Assembly (NCBI RefSeq): GCF_004010195.1
Contig: NC_057718.1
Location: forward strand, 49,174,021 to 49,238,020
Length of the DNA: 64,000 nucleotides
Direction of reading: 5' to 3'
Source of the DNA: Chiloscyllium plagiosum
Lineage: Eukaryota
Made by a program: the position numbers and the translations under genes. Positions 53,420 through 64,000 of this stretch are shown in pieces. The notes beneath the pieces were generated by a model. That model did no database searches. It worked only from the letters and a program-made list of their open reading frames with translations, and had not been told where the DNA came from. How positions within the stretch are numbered: position 1 is the stretch's first letter; the number at the start of each line of letters is the position of its first letter.

Positions 53420-55350
53420 CTTTACATCAAAGTTAAAGGCAACGTTCTACTTCGCACAATTATTAGGTCAGGGTCAAGGTCATGGCATCAAGGACCAATG
53501 ATGTTAATGCACAACTTTCTAGAAACAAAAGATACTGCCTCATTCCTGCCCTTTGACAGCAAGACATTATTGGGCCAGTTATGGCTTCAAAGCACTGAAG
53601 TGAAATTGCAGTCAATAGGAATTGAGGAAAAAAAACTTCACATTGGCTAGAGTCATACCTACAACAAGAAAGTTGGTTGTGGATGCTTGAGGTTGATCAT
53701 CTCAGGCTTGGGACATTACTGCAGCTGTCCAACTGTAATGTCCTGGGCCCACCTATTTCAGCTGCTTTGTCAATAAGTGTAGAAACAGAGATGGTTTCTG
53801 ATGATTTGATACTGCAATGCTCGATTCCATTCACAAACCCTGAGATAATGTTGCACTTCATGCCCACATGTATCAGAATTTTGTCACCATTCAGGTTTGG
53901 GCTCATTAATAGCAAATAACATTTGTGTCACGTATGTATCAGACAATAACCACCTCCAATAAGAGAGCATTTAACCACCTTCCCTTAACAAGAAATAGCA
54001 TCATCAAAATCATATCTCTCATTATCGACATCTCGGGGTCATCATTGACTAGAAACTTATCTGGAACAGGTGAGAAACTTTGATATTCTGTCACAAAAAT
54101 TTATCCCCTAATTCTCTAATGTGTTCCCATCATCTACAAGTCTTGTGTATGATGGAATACTCTCCATTTTCTTGGATGATTTCTCTTTTCTGTTTCTCTG
54201 TCCTGAGTTCTATCACTCAGTAACATTGCAATGCATTTCTGCAACTTGTCTAGGTTTCTTTAGTAGAACTTCCCAAATCTGCTACCTTTACTGCACTGCT
54301 GCCTCACAGCACCAGGGACATGGGGTTCGATTCCAGCCTCAGGAGGCTGTCTGTGGATTTCTTCTGGGTGCTCTGCTTTCCTCCCACAGTCCAAAGATGT
54401 CCAGGTTAGGTGAATTGGCCATGCTAAATTGCCCATAGTTTACAGGGGTGTGTAGGTTAGCCAGGGGAAATGTAGAGTAATAAGGTAAGGGAATGGGTCT
54501 GGGTGGGATACTCTTTGGAAGGTCATTGTGGACTTGTTGGGTCAAATGGCCTGTTTCTGCATAGCAGGGATTTTATGATTTACTACCTAGAAGGAGAAGG
54601 GTGCATCATCTGCAAATTTCCTCTCGGTCACACTCCAACCTGATATTGCCCTTCTTTCGTTACACTAGGTCAAAATTTGAGCTTTTTTTTCTCTTCACCT
54701 TTTATAGGAAGGATGTTATTAAGCTGGAGAAGGTTCAGAAGAAATTTATCAGGATGTTGCCTGGAATGGATGGTTTGAGTTATAAGGAGCACCTTGATAG
54801 ATTGAGATTTTCTTCACTGGTGCATAGGAGGTTAAGGCGTGACCTTATGGAGGTTTACAAAATCATGAAGGGTATAGATAAGGTGAATGGCAGGTGTCTT
54901 TTCTCTTGAGGATTTCAAGATTTGGGTCTGTATTTTGAAGGTGAAAGGAGAAAGCTTTAAAAAAAAAAGACATGAGGCGTAATTTTTTACAAAGGCAGTA
55001 GTTCATGTGTGGAATGAAATTCCAGAGGAAGTAATTGATGTGGGTACTGTTACAATGTTTAAAAGACATTTGGACAAGAACATAAATAAGAAATGTTTGG
55101 AGGGATATCGGCCAAATGCAGGCAAGTGGGACTAGTTTAATTTAGGATTATAGTTGGCATGGACTGGTTGGACCAAAGGGCTTGTTTCTGTGTTGCATGA
55201 CTCTATGGCTCTATTACCCTGGGAGAGTTTCTCAACCACTCGAACTACAACAGTTCAAGAAGATGATCCCCTGCCAGTATTCTCAACAGCAGTTCAGGAT
55301 GGGCAATAAATGTCCTTGCCAATGTGCTAACAACGCATGAAGAAGAAAAG
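53420..55350 (+). mobile_element. Old CR1/L2-clade LINE (family of 2205-3625) with nested SINE (54293-54581) and CR1 (54690-55213)
   Basis: Degenerate VLGP and SDD RT motifs; ends ggatgggcaataaatg. Nested elements recognised by similarity to other copies. Confidence 0.75.
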
Positions 55351-55374
55351 GTTTATGAATATGACATCTCCTAA

Positions 55375-55660
55375 ATGGATGGGGAAGGGGAGTCCAGAGC
55401 TATAAGTTTAAGGTTTATGGTAAGAGAGAAGAGATTTAAAAGGGACTTAAGGGGGCAACTTTGTATGGAAGGGGAGGTGGTGGAAATTGGTACAATTATA
55501 ACATTTGGAAGGCATTTGGATGGGTAAATGAATAGGAAGGGTTGAGAGAGATACAGGACAAATGCTGGCAAATGGGGCTAGATTAATTTGGGATATCTGG
55601 TTGGCGTAGTTGAGTTGGACTGAAGGGTCTGTTTCCTTGCTGCAGATCTCTATGCCTCTG
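55375..55660 (+). mobile_element. CR1 3' end
   Basis: Similarity to 49730-50015. Confidence 0.85.
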
Positions 55661-55707
55661 TTGGAGCTGAGGATAGGAGAAAGTGGATTGGCTGTGCTGT
55701 AAGCAAG

Positions 55708-56110
55708 TAGGCAAAAGTGAGTACTGCAGATGCTGGAGATTACAGCCAAAATTAGAGTAGTGCTGGAAAAGCACAGCAGGTCAGGCAGCATCTGAGGCGC
55801 AGGAACATTGATGTTTTGGGCAAAAGTCCGAAAGTCCACAAAAATGACTTAATGCTTCCAGTTGCCTGCAAATTCAACACTCCACCTTGTTCCCTGGCCA
55901 ACATTTCTGTCTCAGGCCTGCTGCAGTGTTCCAGTGAGCCTCAGCACAAGCTTGAAGAACAACATCTCATTTTACACTGGGGGACCCTGCAACCTCTGGA
56001 ACTCAACATCATATTCAATAATTTTAGAGCCTGACTACATCCTTCCATGTTTTTAATTCAAACCCTCGCCCTGGTCCTGTCATGACATGCATTATTTTCA
56101 GCATAGCCTA
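55708..56110. mobile_element. PLE terminal repeat (minus, 55708-55829) abutting a plus-strand GIY-YIG C-terminal fragment
   Basis: ORF 55816-56034 PVACKFN...KLEEQHLILHWGTLQPLELNIIF matches the PLE endonuclease C-terminus. Confidence 0.75.
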
Positions 56111-56873
56111 CCCATTCTGTCCAACTCTCTGCTCTCATTATCACTTATGCAGCTTTACTTAAGTCCTGGCCAGTTGTCAGTAATTTCTGTTTTTGTTCCA
56201 AAAGAGCCCCCCCGTGGAATCCCAGTCCTTCCAGAACTGGTAAAGTCAACTGATCAGCCCTCTGGCTTTAAGGGAAAAGAGCATGCTTTCTAATTTTGCC
56301 TGAATTAGTGCAGCTTAAATAACAGTCAAGAAGCTTGACAGCATCAGAACATATCTGCCTGCTAGTTTGGCACTACATGCTCAAACATTCACTCCCTCCA
56401 CCACCGATGCTCAGTGCAGCCACATGTACCATCTGCAAAGTGCACAGCAGAAATTTACCAAGGATCCTTAGACAACACATTCTAAATTCACAATCACTAA
56501 CATCTGGAAGGACAAGACTCTCAGGTACATGGAACATCACCCCCACCTGCAAGTTTCCCTCCAAGCCACATAGCACACTGACTTGGAAACATATCATCAT
56601 TCCTTTACTTCAAAATGAAGCACGGTGGTTCAATGGTTAGCATTGCTGCCTCACAGCGCCAGGGACCTGGGTTCGATTCCAGACTCAGGCGACTATCTGT
56701 GTGGAGTTTGCACATTCTTGTGTCTGTGTGGCTTTCCTCCTGGTGTTCCAGTTTCCTTCCACAGTCCAAAGGATGTGCTGGTCAGGTGGTTTAGCCATGC
56801 TAAATGCCTCATAGTGTCTCGGAATCTGTAAGTTAGGTTGATTAGCCAGAGGGAATGCAGGATTATAGGGATT

Positions 56874-57892
56874 AGATTTGTGAAGGGTAGGTCTTGCCTT
56901 ACAAGTCTTTTTGAATTCTTTGAGGAGGTGAACAAGCATGTGGATGTAGTGTACATGGATTTTAGTAAGGCATTTGATAAGGTTCCCCATGGTAGGCTTA
57001 TGCGGAAAGTCAGGAGGCATGGGATAGAGGGAAATTTGGCCAGTTGGATAGAAAACTGGCTAACCGGTCGAAGTCAGAGAGTGGTGGTAAATGGTAAATG
57101 TTCAGCCTGGAGCCCGGTTACAAGTGGAGTTCCGCAGGGATCAGTTCTGGGTCGTCTACTTTTTGTCATTTACATAAATGATTTGGATGCGAGCATAAGA
57201 GGTACAGTTAGTAAGTTTGCAGATGACACCAAAATNNNNNNNNNNNNNNNNNNNNNNNNNNNNNNNNNNNNNNNNNNNNNNNNNNNNNNNNNNNNNNNNN
57301 NNNNNNNNNNNNNNNNNNNNNNNNNNNNNNNNNNNNNNNNNNNNNNNNNNNNNNNNNNNNNNNNNNNNNNNNNNNNNNNNNNNNNNNNNNNNNNNNNNNN
57401 NNNNNNNNNNNNNNNNNNNNNNNNNNNNNNNNNNNNNNNNNNNNNNNNNNNNNNNNNNNNNNNNNNNNNNNNNNNNNNNNNNNNNNNNNNNNNNNNNNNN
57501 NNNNNNNNNNNNNNNNNNNNNNNNNNNNNNNNNNNNNNNNNNNNNNNNNNNNNNNNNNNNNNNNNNNNNNNNNNNNNNNNNNNNNNNNNNNNNNNNNNNN
57601 NNNNNNNNNNNNNNNNNNNCCCCGGGTACAACAGAGCGTTACAAGGGGACATAAATTTAAGGTAAAGGGTGGAAGGTATAGGGGGGATGTCAGGGGTAGG
57701 TTCTTTACCCAGAGAGTGGTGGGGGCATGGAATGCGCTGCCTGTGGGAGTGGTAGAGTCAGAATCATTGGCGACCTTTAAGCGGCAATTGGATAGGTACA
57801 TGGATGGGTGCTTAAGCTAGGATAAATGTTCGGCACAACATCGTGGGCCGAAGGGCCTGTTCTGTACTGTATTGTTCTATGTTCTATGTTCT
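56874..57892 (+). mobile_element. Young CR1 RT fragment spanning the assembly gap
   Basis: Uninterrupted frame GRSCLTSL...[11 protein letters not shown]...GVPQGSVLG...FADDTK; (gttctat)n tail. Confidence 0.92.
57236..57619. other. Assembly gap (384 N)
   Basis: Run of N. Confidence 1.
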
Positions 57893-58200
57893 AGATTCCC
57901 TACAGTGTGGAAACAGGAACTTCGGCCCAACAAGTCCACTCCGGCCCCCTGAAGAGTAACCCACCCAGACCCATTTCCCTCTGATTAATACACCTAACAC
58001 TATGGACAATTTAGCATGGCCAATTCACCCGATCTGCACATCCTTGGATTGTGGGAGGAAACCGGAGCACCTGGAGGAAACCCACACAGACACGGGGACA
58101 ATGTGCAAGCTCCACACAGGTAGTCCCCTGAGGCTGGAATCGAACCTGGGTCCCTGGAACTGTGAGGTAGCAGATGCGAACCACTGAGCCACCGTGCCAC
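57893..58200 (-). mobile_element. Full-length tRNA-derived SINE (HE1-like)
   Basis: Minus strand reads ggcacggtggctcagtgg (A box) and ggttcgattcc (B box), with a CR1 tail. Confidence 0.92.
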
Positions 58201-60734
58201 TCCCAATGGGATAGGGTAGGGGAGTGGATCTGGGAGGATGTTGTTCAGGGGTTGGTGCAGACTTGATGGGTTGAATGGCCTGTTTCCACACTGCAGAGGT
58301 TCTATGAAAATATTAGAACTATCTCTCTAGTAGCATTGTGGATGTAAAAACATTTAATAAACTGTAGCAATTTATGGAGGTAGCTTCTTTCTCCTGCAAC
58401 CAGCAGTGTCCATATGCCCTGAATGAATCAAAACAAAGTTCAAAGTTGAAAGTCAAGTTCAATTGCAAAGTACAAAAACCCAAAATATGATTCTTTTTAT
58501 GAATAATACCTGAACTGAATTTTATTCCATTTCAAAACAGAAGAGTAAAGCACTGTCTATGTTGACATTATGCAACCTGAAATGATTGAAACTAAGTTTA
58601 GTCATGACATTGAAAATGTCCTGAATTTGCCTGTTTTAGAGAACTAGATCTCTCTAATAATTATAGAATCATGAAATTCATCTCACCATATCTATGTCAA
58701 CCAACAAACACCCCCCAGCCGACACTAATCACTTCCAGATTGTCTATTTCTTTCATTCTTACTTGGACGGGAGGCAACAATTTGATTTCTGACACTTTTC
58801 CAGTGCTCTGCCTGCAGATCAGGTACTGCAGCCACCACACAAACTAGTTCCTGCCTGTCTGGCTGATGGGAGTGATACTTGAAAGCTACTTCCTGCTGGG
58901 TTCATATGATTGGCATCATCCCAAAAGAACAGGCATGATTGTTCACTGAAATAACTACCATTAATTCTACTTCAAGCAGATTTTGGGAAGGAATCTTCCC
59001 CAGATTTTTGATTAAGTCTAATTTGCATTCCCAAAATGGAAGATTTGGATGTGAATGCCACCAAAATCCTTGAATATATTGACAAGAATCTTGCAATATG
59101 ATTATCATGTTGTGCCAACTGTTGTACCTCAGTGGAAATTCAGGAGCAATAAATGCAGAGAATTGTTCTGTCAGTGGTCTGTATTGGGAATTCAGACACT
59201 TGATTGAATTCTTTGCAATTGCAATGACCAAAACTCTGAGTGGATTGGACAATTTTGTAAAGGTAATTCTACTGTGAAAATGCATTGCATACCTTAAGAT
59301 GGCCTGACAGAAAATTCTGAAATTTAACAGCTCACTCAAAATAATTAATTTAAAACTTCTAGTCAGTTTTATTTTATCCACGGCCTTTCAATTTTAATCT
59401 TCAGCCACATCCTGAGTGATTAGAAAATAATATTCAATCAGCTATAGCATCGTCTAAGGCTTATGCCTGTAAAACAACAATCTTGCTGTGAACCAGTTAA
59501 TTATTTCCACCAGGATACATGGGGAGCAAGTCAGTGCTTACACAAATGTTTCTGTAAATGAGTACTGCCATTAATAATGTCTGCTTACTGAAAAACTGCT
59601 TAAACATCTCTATTGCCTCAAACAGTACAATAGATCATTGCACCATACAATACCTTCAGACTGGGAGAAGATCCATGGTTTAGCTGTCCTTTTCTAGGGA
59701 TAGGATCCTGCAGATGCATCTGACAAAATAGTACAGCACATCTGTAAGCTGACAATCGTGCTGAGGTGCAATCAGCAATGTTTTGATTCAACATTCTGTT
59801 GAATATAATGTTAGCTAAACACAGAAGTGTTCTGATTTCAGATAAAAAATGTTACTGTTCTGCAAGCCCTTGGTGCTACAAGTGAAGGAACCTCACTGCA
59901 ATACAGGGTAAGTTTATCTCAATCTTTCTAATGGGTTAGTACAGTTAGTTCGTCTTCTGGTTAGTATGGGCTGTTCAGATATTAGGTTATGGGGGGGCTG
60001 TTTGTTAGAAAGTCATAACTGTAATTTTTAGATTTAAATTTAATTAAAATTTAACTTGTAATCTAACAGCCAAGAGAAGGTTAGTCATGTCACTTGGTGG
60101 GGTTTTGTGTTCTGTCTGCGAGATGTGGTCAATGAGAGCATCCCTGATAATTATATCCAAAAGAAGTCTCTGCTGACCTCCTGTAAATATGGCAACTGCT
60201 GACCTGGCCCTCTCTGCTGAGAAAGACCAAGCAGCCATCACCAGTTCAAAGCAAGGCAACAGTGAGTTTTCTTTCGGGGATTAACTTGTCCTCAACGTGT
60301 TTATAAAATCTCCGAATCCATCCTCCCAGCTTCAACTTCCCTTCTCAGTGATCTTTCAGTAACTCAGTGTGACGATGTCTAGGCCTGGCATGGCCTCAGT
60401 GTGGACTTCCGGTCTTGAGGTGAGTCCTCAAAGTGCGCTCCCAGCATGGCTAAGCGCTTATGAAAGATTGTAATGTTTGAACTTTAAGCTTTGTTTCTTT
60501 ATTCTTCTACTTAAAACTAAAAAGCTCTGTAATGTGTAACTTTAACCTTTTCTCCTATGTTTTACGCAATACTATCATTACTGCAAATGTTTAACTTTCA
60601 AATTTGTTCTTTCTTTCAAACTTGTTCTTAAGGATCTGTACCTAGGTACTTGTACCGAAGATGGCACTATGTGTGGCGACATTATACACATTTCACTGGA
60701 CTCCTGTACTTTTGTACTTGAGTACATGTGACAA

Positions 60735-61570
60735 TAGAGTCATAGAGTCATAGAGATGTACAGCACAGAAGCAGACCCTTCGGTCCAACCCGTCCGTGCC
60801 GACCAGATAGCCCAACCCAATCTAGTCCCACCTGCCAGCACCTGGCCCATATCCCTCCAAACCCTTCCTATTCATATACCCATCCAGTTGCCTTTTAAAT
60901 GTTGCAATTGTACCAGCCTCCAACCCTTCCTCTGGCAGCCCATTCCACACACACACCATCCTCTGCATTAAAAGGTTGCCCCTTAGGTCTCTTTTATATC
61001 TTTGCTCTCTCTCACCCTAAACCTATGCCCTCTAGTTCTGGACTCCCCCACCCCAGGGAAAAGACCTTGTCAATTTTCCTTATCTATGCCCCTCATGATT
61101 TTATAAACCTTTATAAGGTCACCCCCTCAGCCTCCGACACTCCAGGGAAAACAGCCCTAGCGTATTCAATCTCTCCCTATAGCTCAAATCCTTCAACTCT
61201 GGCAACATTCTTGTAAATCTTTTCTGAATCCTTTCAAGTTTCACAATATCCCTCCGATAAGAAGGAGACCAGAATTGCACGCAATATTCTAAAAGTAGCC
61301 TAACCAATGTCCTGTACAGCCACAACATGACCTCCCAATTCCTGTACTCAAGCATAGCATAACAAACGCCTTCTTCACTTTGTTCAGCAACACTCCCTAG
61401 GACCTTACTATTAAGTGTATAAGTCCCACTAAGTTTGCTTTCCCAAAATGCAGCACCTCGCATTTATCTAAATTAAACTCCATCTGCCACTTCTTAGCCC
61501 ACTGGCTCATCTGATCAAGATCCTGTTGCAATCTGAGGTAACTTTCTGTGCTGTTGACTAAACCTCCAAT
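60735..61570 (-). mobile_element. CR1 3' fragment
   Basis: LYRTLVRLLLEYCVQFWSPSYRRDIVKLERIQKRFTRML; (atagagtc)n tail. Confidence 0.93.
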
Positions 61571-61699
61571 AAAATCAAAATCTAAATTTGAAAAATGTGT
61601 ACCCAGCTTCAGCTGCTCACTGAATGAATGGATCAGCTTGAGTCACAGATGACAAAACTAAGGTGCGCATAAATGGTGGGCAGAATCATAGATAGAAGT

Positions 61700-63075
61700 T
61701 ATGTGGTCACCCCCAAGGTACAGGAAGATGGATGAATGACTGCTGGACAGGGCAGGCAGTCAATACAGGAGTCCCCTGCAGCTGTCCCCCTGTCAAACGG
61801 GTCTTCCATTTGGGATACCGATGAGGGGGTTGGCCCATCAGGTGACAGCAGCAATAGCAGCCAGAGCAGTGGCACCATGGCTGGCTCTGCTGTACAGAAT
61901 GAAGGGTCAAAGTTTAGTAGAGCAACAGTAATTGGAGATTTGATAGTCAGGAGTGCAGATAGGTGCTTCTGTGGCTGGGAGAGAGACACCAGGATGGAAT
62001 GATACCTCCCTGGTGTCAGGGTCATGGATGTCTCTGAGTGGGTAAAAAGCATCCTGAAACGGGAGGGTGAACAGACAGAAGTCATTGCCCATATTGACAC
62101 AAATGGCATAGCTTGAACCAGTGACACGGTCCTGCAACGACAATTCAGGGGGCTAAGTTGTAAACTAAAAAATAGGACCTCTTGGGTAGTAATCCCAGGA
62201 TTATTCCCTGTGCCATTACTGAGGCTAGGAATAGAGACAAAGTACAACTGAACACGTGACTGAAGAGCTAGTGTAGGGGGAGGCCCTAAGCTATGTGGAT
62301 CACTGAGATGGTGGGATGTGAACAAGAAGGACTGGTTGCTCCTAAACTGGAGGAGCATGGATATCCTGTCAGGGAGGTTTGATACTGCCATTCAGGAGGG
62401 TTTAAACTGGTCTTGCCGGGGGGGGGGTGGGAACCGGAGCAGCAGATCAATAAGTATAGAGACTGCGGAAGAGTGTAAGGCAAATAAAGCTAAGAGGAAG
62501 AGCAGTCAGGGAGAGGTTGCTGAGCTCAGTGGAACTGGAGGCTTGGACTATATTTGCTTCAATGCAAGAGGTATAACAGGTAAAACAGATGAACTTAAAG
62601 CCTGGATTTATGCATGCAATTGTAATGTTGTTGCTGTTACACTGACATGGTTGAAAGAGGGACAGGATTAGCAGCTTAATGTTCCAGTATATCATGTTTT
62701 AGATGAGATAGAGAAGGAAGCAAAAGCGGGGAGTTGCATTACTTGTTAGGAAGCTGTGTTGAGGAAGGACACCCTGGGGGGATATCTTGTAGCAAGACAT
62801 TATGGGTTGAGCTCAGGAATAGAATGTGAGCAATCACAATACTGGGATTGTACTACAGACCTCCCAGCTGCCAGGAGGAGATACAGGAAGAGATGTATAC
62901 AGTAGTTAGATTCTGCAAAGATCTGAAAATTACAGGATTATTGAGGGAGTTGATTTTAACCTGTCCCATATTGACTGGAACTCCCTTAGTGCTGAGGTTT
63001 AGGTGAGGAGCAATTTGTTAGGTGTGTCCAGGAGGGTGTTTTGAAACAGTATGTGAATAGTCTAATGAGGGAAGG
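61700..63075 (+). mobile_element. CR1 5' portion: ORF1 SGNH esterase and ORF2 APE endonuclease start
   Basis: ATVIGDLIVR...HIDTN in ORF1; ICFNARGITGKTDELKAWI, GGVAL and YYRPP in ORF2. Confidence 0.85.
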
Positions 63076-63976
63076 GTCAAGATTAGAGTGGTGCTGGAAA
63101 TGCACAGCACATCATGCAGCATCCGAGGAGCAGGAAAATTTACGTTTCAGGCAGGAGCCCTTCATCAGGAGTGAGGCTGGAAGCCTTGGGGGTGGAGAGA
63201 TAAATGGGAGAGTGTGGGGCTTGGGAGAAGGTAGCTGGGAGTGCAATAGGTGGATGAAGGAGGGAGTAAAGGTGATATGTCAGAGAGCAGGGTGGAGCAG
63301 AAGGTAGATTGACAGGTGGGACATGTCATGAGGATGGTGCTGAGCTGGAAGTTTGGAATTGGGGTAAGGTGGGGGGAGGGGAAATGAGGAAACTGGTGAA
63401 GTCCACATTGATGGGGTTGAAGGGTTCCAAGGCGGAAGATGAGGCGTTCTTCCTGCAGGTGTCAGGTGGTGAGGGAGTGGCAGTGGAGGATGCCCAGGAC
63501 CTGCATATCCTCGGCAGACTGGGAGGGGGATTTGAAATGTTTGGCCGCGAGGCGGTGGGGTTATTTGGTGTGGGTATCACGGAGATGTTCCCTGAAGTGC
63601 TCTGCGAGAAGGCGCCCAGTCTCCCCAATGTAGAGGAAACCGCATCGGGAGCAATGGATACAATAAGTGACATTTGTGGAAGTGCAGGTGAAATCTCAAT
63701 GGATGTGGAAGGCTCCTTTGAGGCCTTAGATGGAGGTGAGGCGGTGGGGAGGTGTGGGTGCAGGTTTTGCAATTCCTGCGGTGGCAGGGGAAGGTGCCAG
63801 GAGGGGATGGTGCGTTGTTGGGGGGCGTGGACCTGACCAGGTAGTCAAGGAGAGAACGGTCTTTGCCGAAAGCGGATAGAGGTGGGGAGAGAAATGTGTC
63901 CCTGATGGTGGGGTCCATTTGTAGGTGGCGGAAATATTGGCAGATAATGCGGTTTATGCGGAGGTTGGTGGGGTGG
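63076..63976 (-). pseudogene. Penelope-like element 3' part: GIY-YIG endonuclease, 3' UTR and HHR-bearing terminal repeat
   Basis: PGTFPCHRRNCKTC and TNVTYCIHCSRCGFLYIGETGRLLAEHFREH. Its 3' end is the same family as the mini-palindromes. Confidence 0.9.
63141..63168 (-). ncRNA. Minimal hammerhead ribozyme core
   Basis: CTGATGA-A-GGGC-tcct-GCCT-GAAA-CG-TA (GUA triplet). Confidence 0.72.
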
Positions 63977-64000
63977 TCTCCCTGACTGCTCTTCCTCTTA

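Larger units (their letters stand above)
56622..58308 (+). mobile_element. HE1-like SINE (56622-56873 and ~58206-58308) split by a young CR1 and an antisense SINE
   Basis: The SINE body stops at ggattatagggat and resumes at gggatagggtagggg. Confidence 0.75.

Noticed and set aside
56838..57801. Long ORFs crossing the N run
   Set aside because: Their lengths are artefacts of translating the gap.
58902..59381. 159 aa minus-strand ORF and an overlapping plus-strand frame ending at AAG|gtaatt (~59098-59261) in unique DNA
   Set aside because: No recognisable domain and only weak splice support; cannot be distinguished from chance.
61699..62391. 230 aa minus-strand ORF
   Set aside because: Antisense shadow of CR1 ORF1 with no independent protein features.

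Overview
Repeat-dense, non-coding eukaryotic DNA. The repeat content (tRNA-derived SINEs with CR1 tails, CR1 LINEs with an SGNH-esterase ORF1) suggests a cartilaginous fish, probably a shark; this is inference. I cannot confidently identify any host protein-coding exon, so this looks like a large intron or gene desert. The protein-like ORFs I could assign come from decayed transposons: many CR1-clade LINE fragments, SINEs, a PIF/Harbinger transposase relic, two copies of a solo-LTR-like repeat and several families of Penelope-like elements (PLEs, GIY-YIG endonuclease). The most striking signal is RNA-level. About 20 minimal hammerhead-ribozyme (HHR) motifs (CUGANGA-N-stemII-GAAA-NN-UH), intact or degenerate, are spread over the window in PLE 3' repeats. 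Many sit in tail-out palindromic insertions flanked by 11-16 bp target-site duplications (TSDs), with the inversion/truncation point at the 5' edge of the ribozyme core. One ~950 bp inverted GIY-YIG PLE carries a near-intact HHR on each arm. There is one assembly gap (57236-57619). Repeat boundaries were read by eye and are approximate unless TSDs are given.
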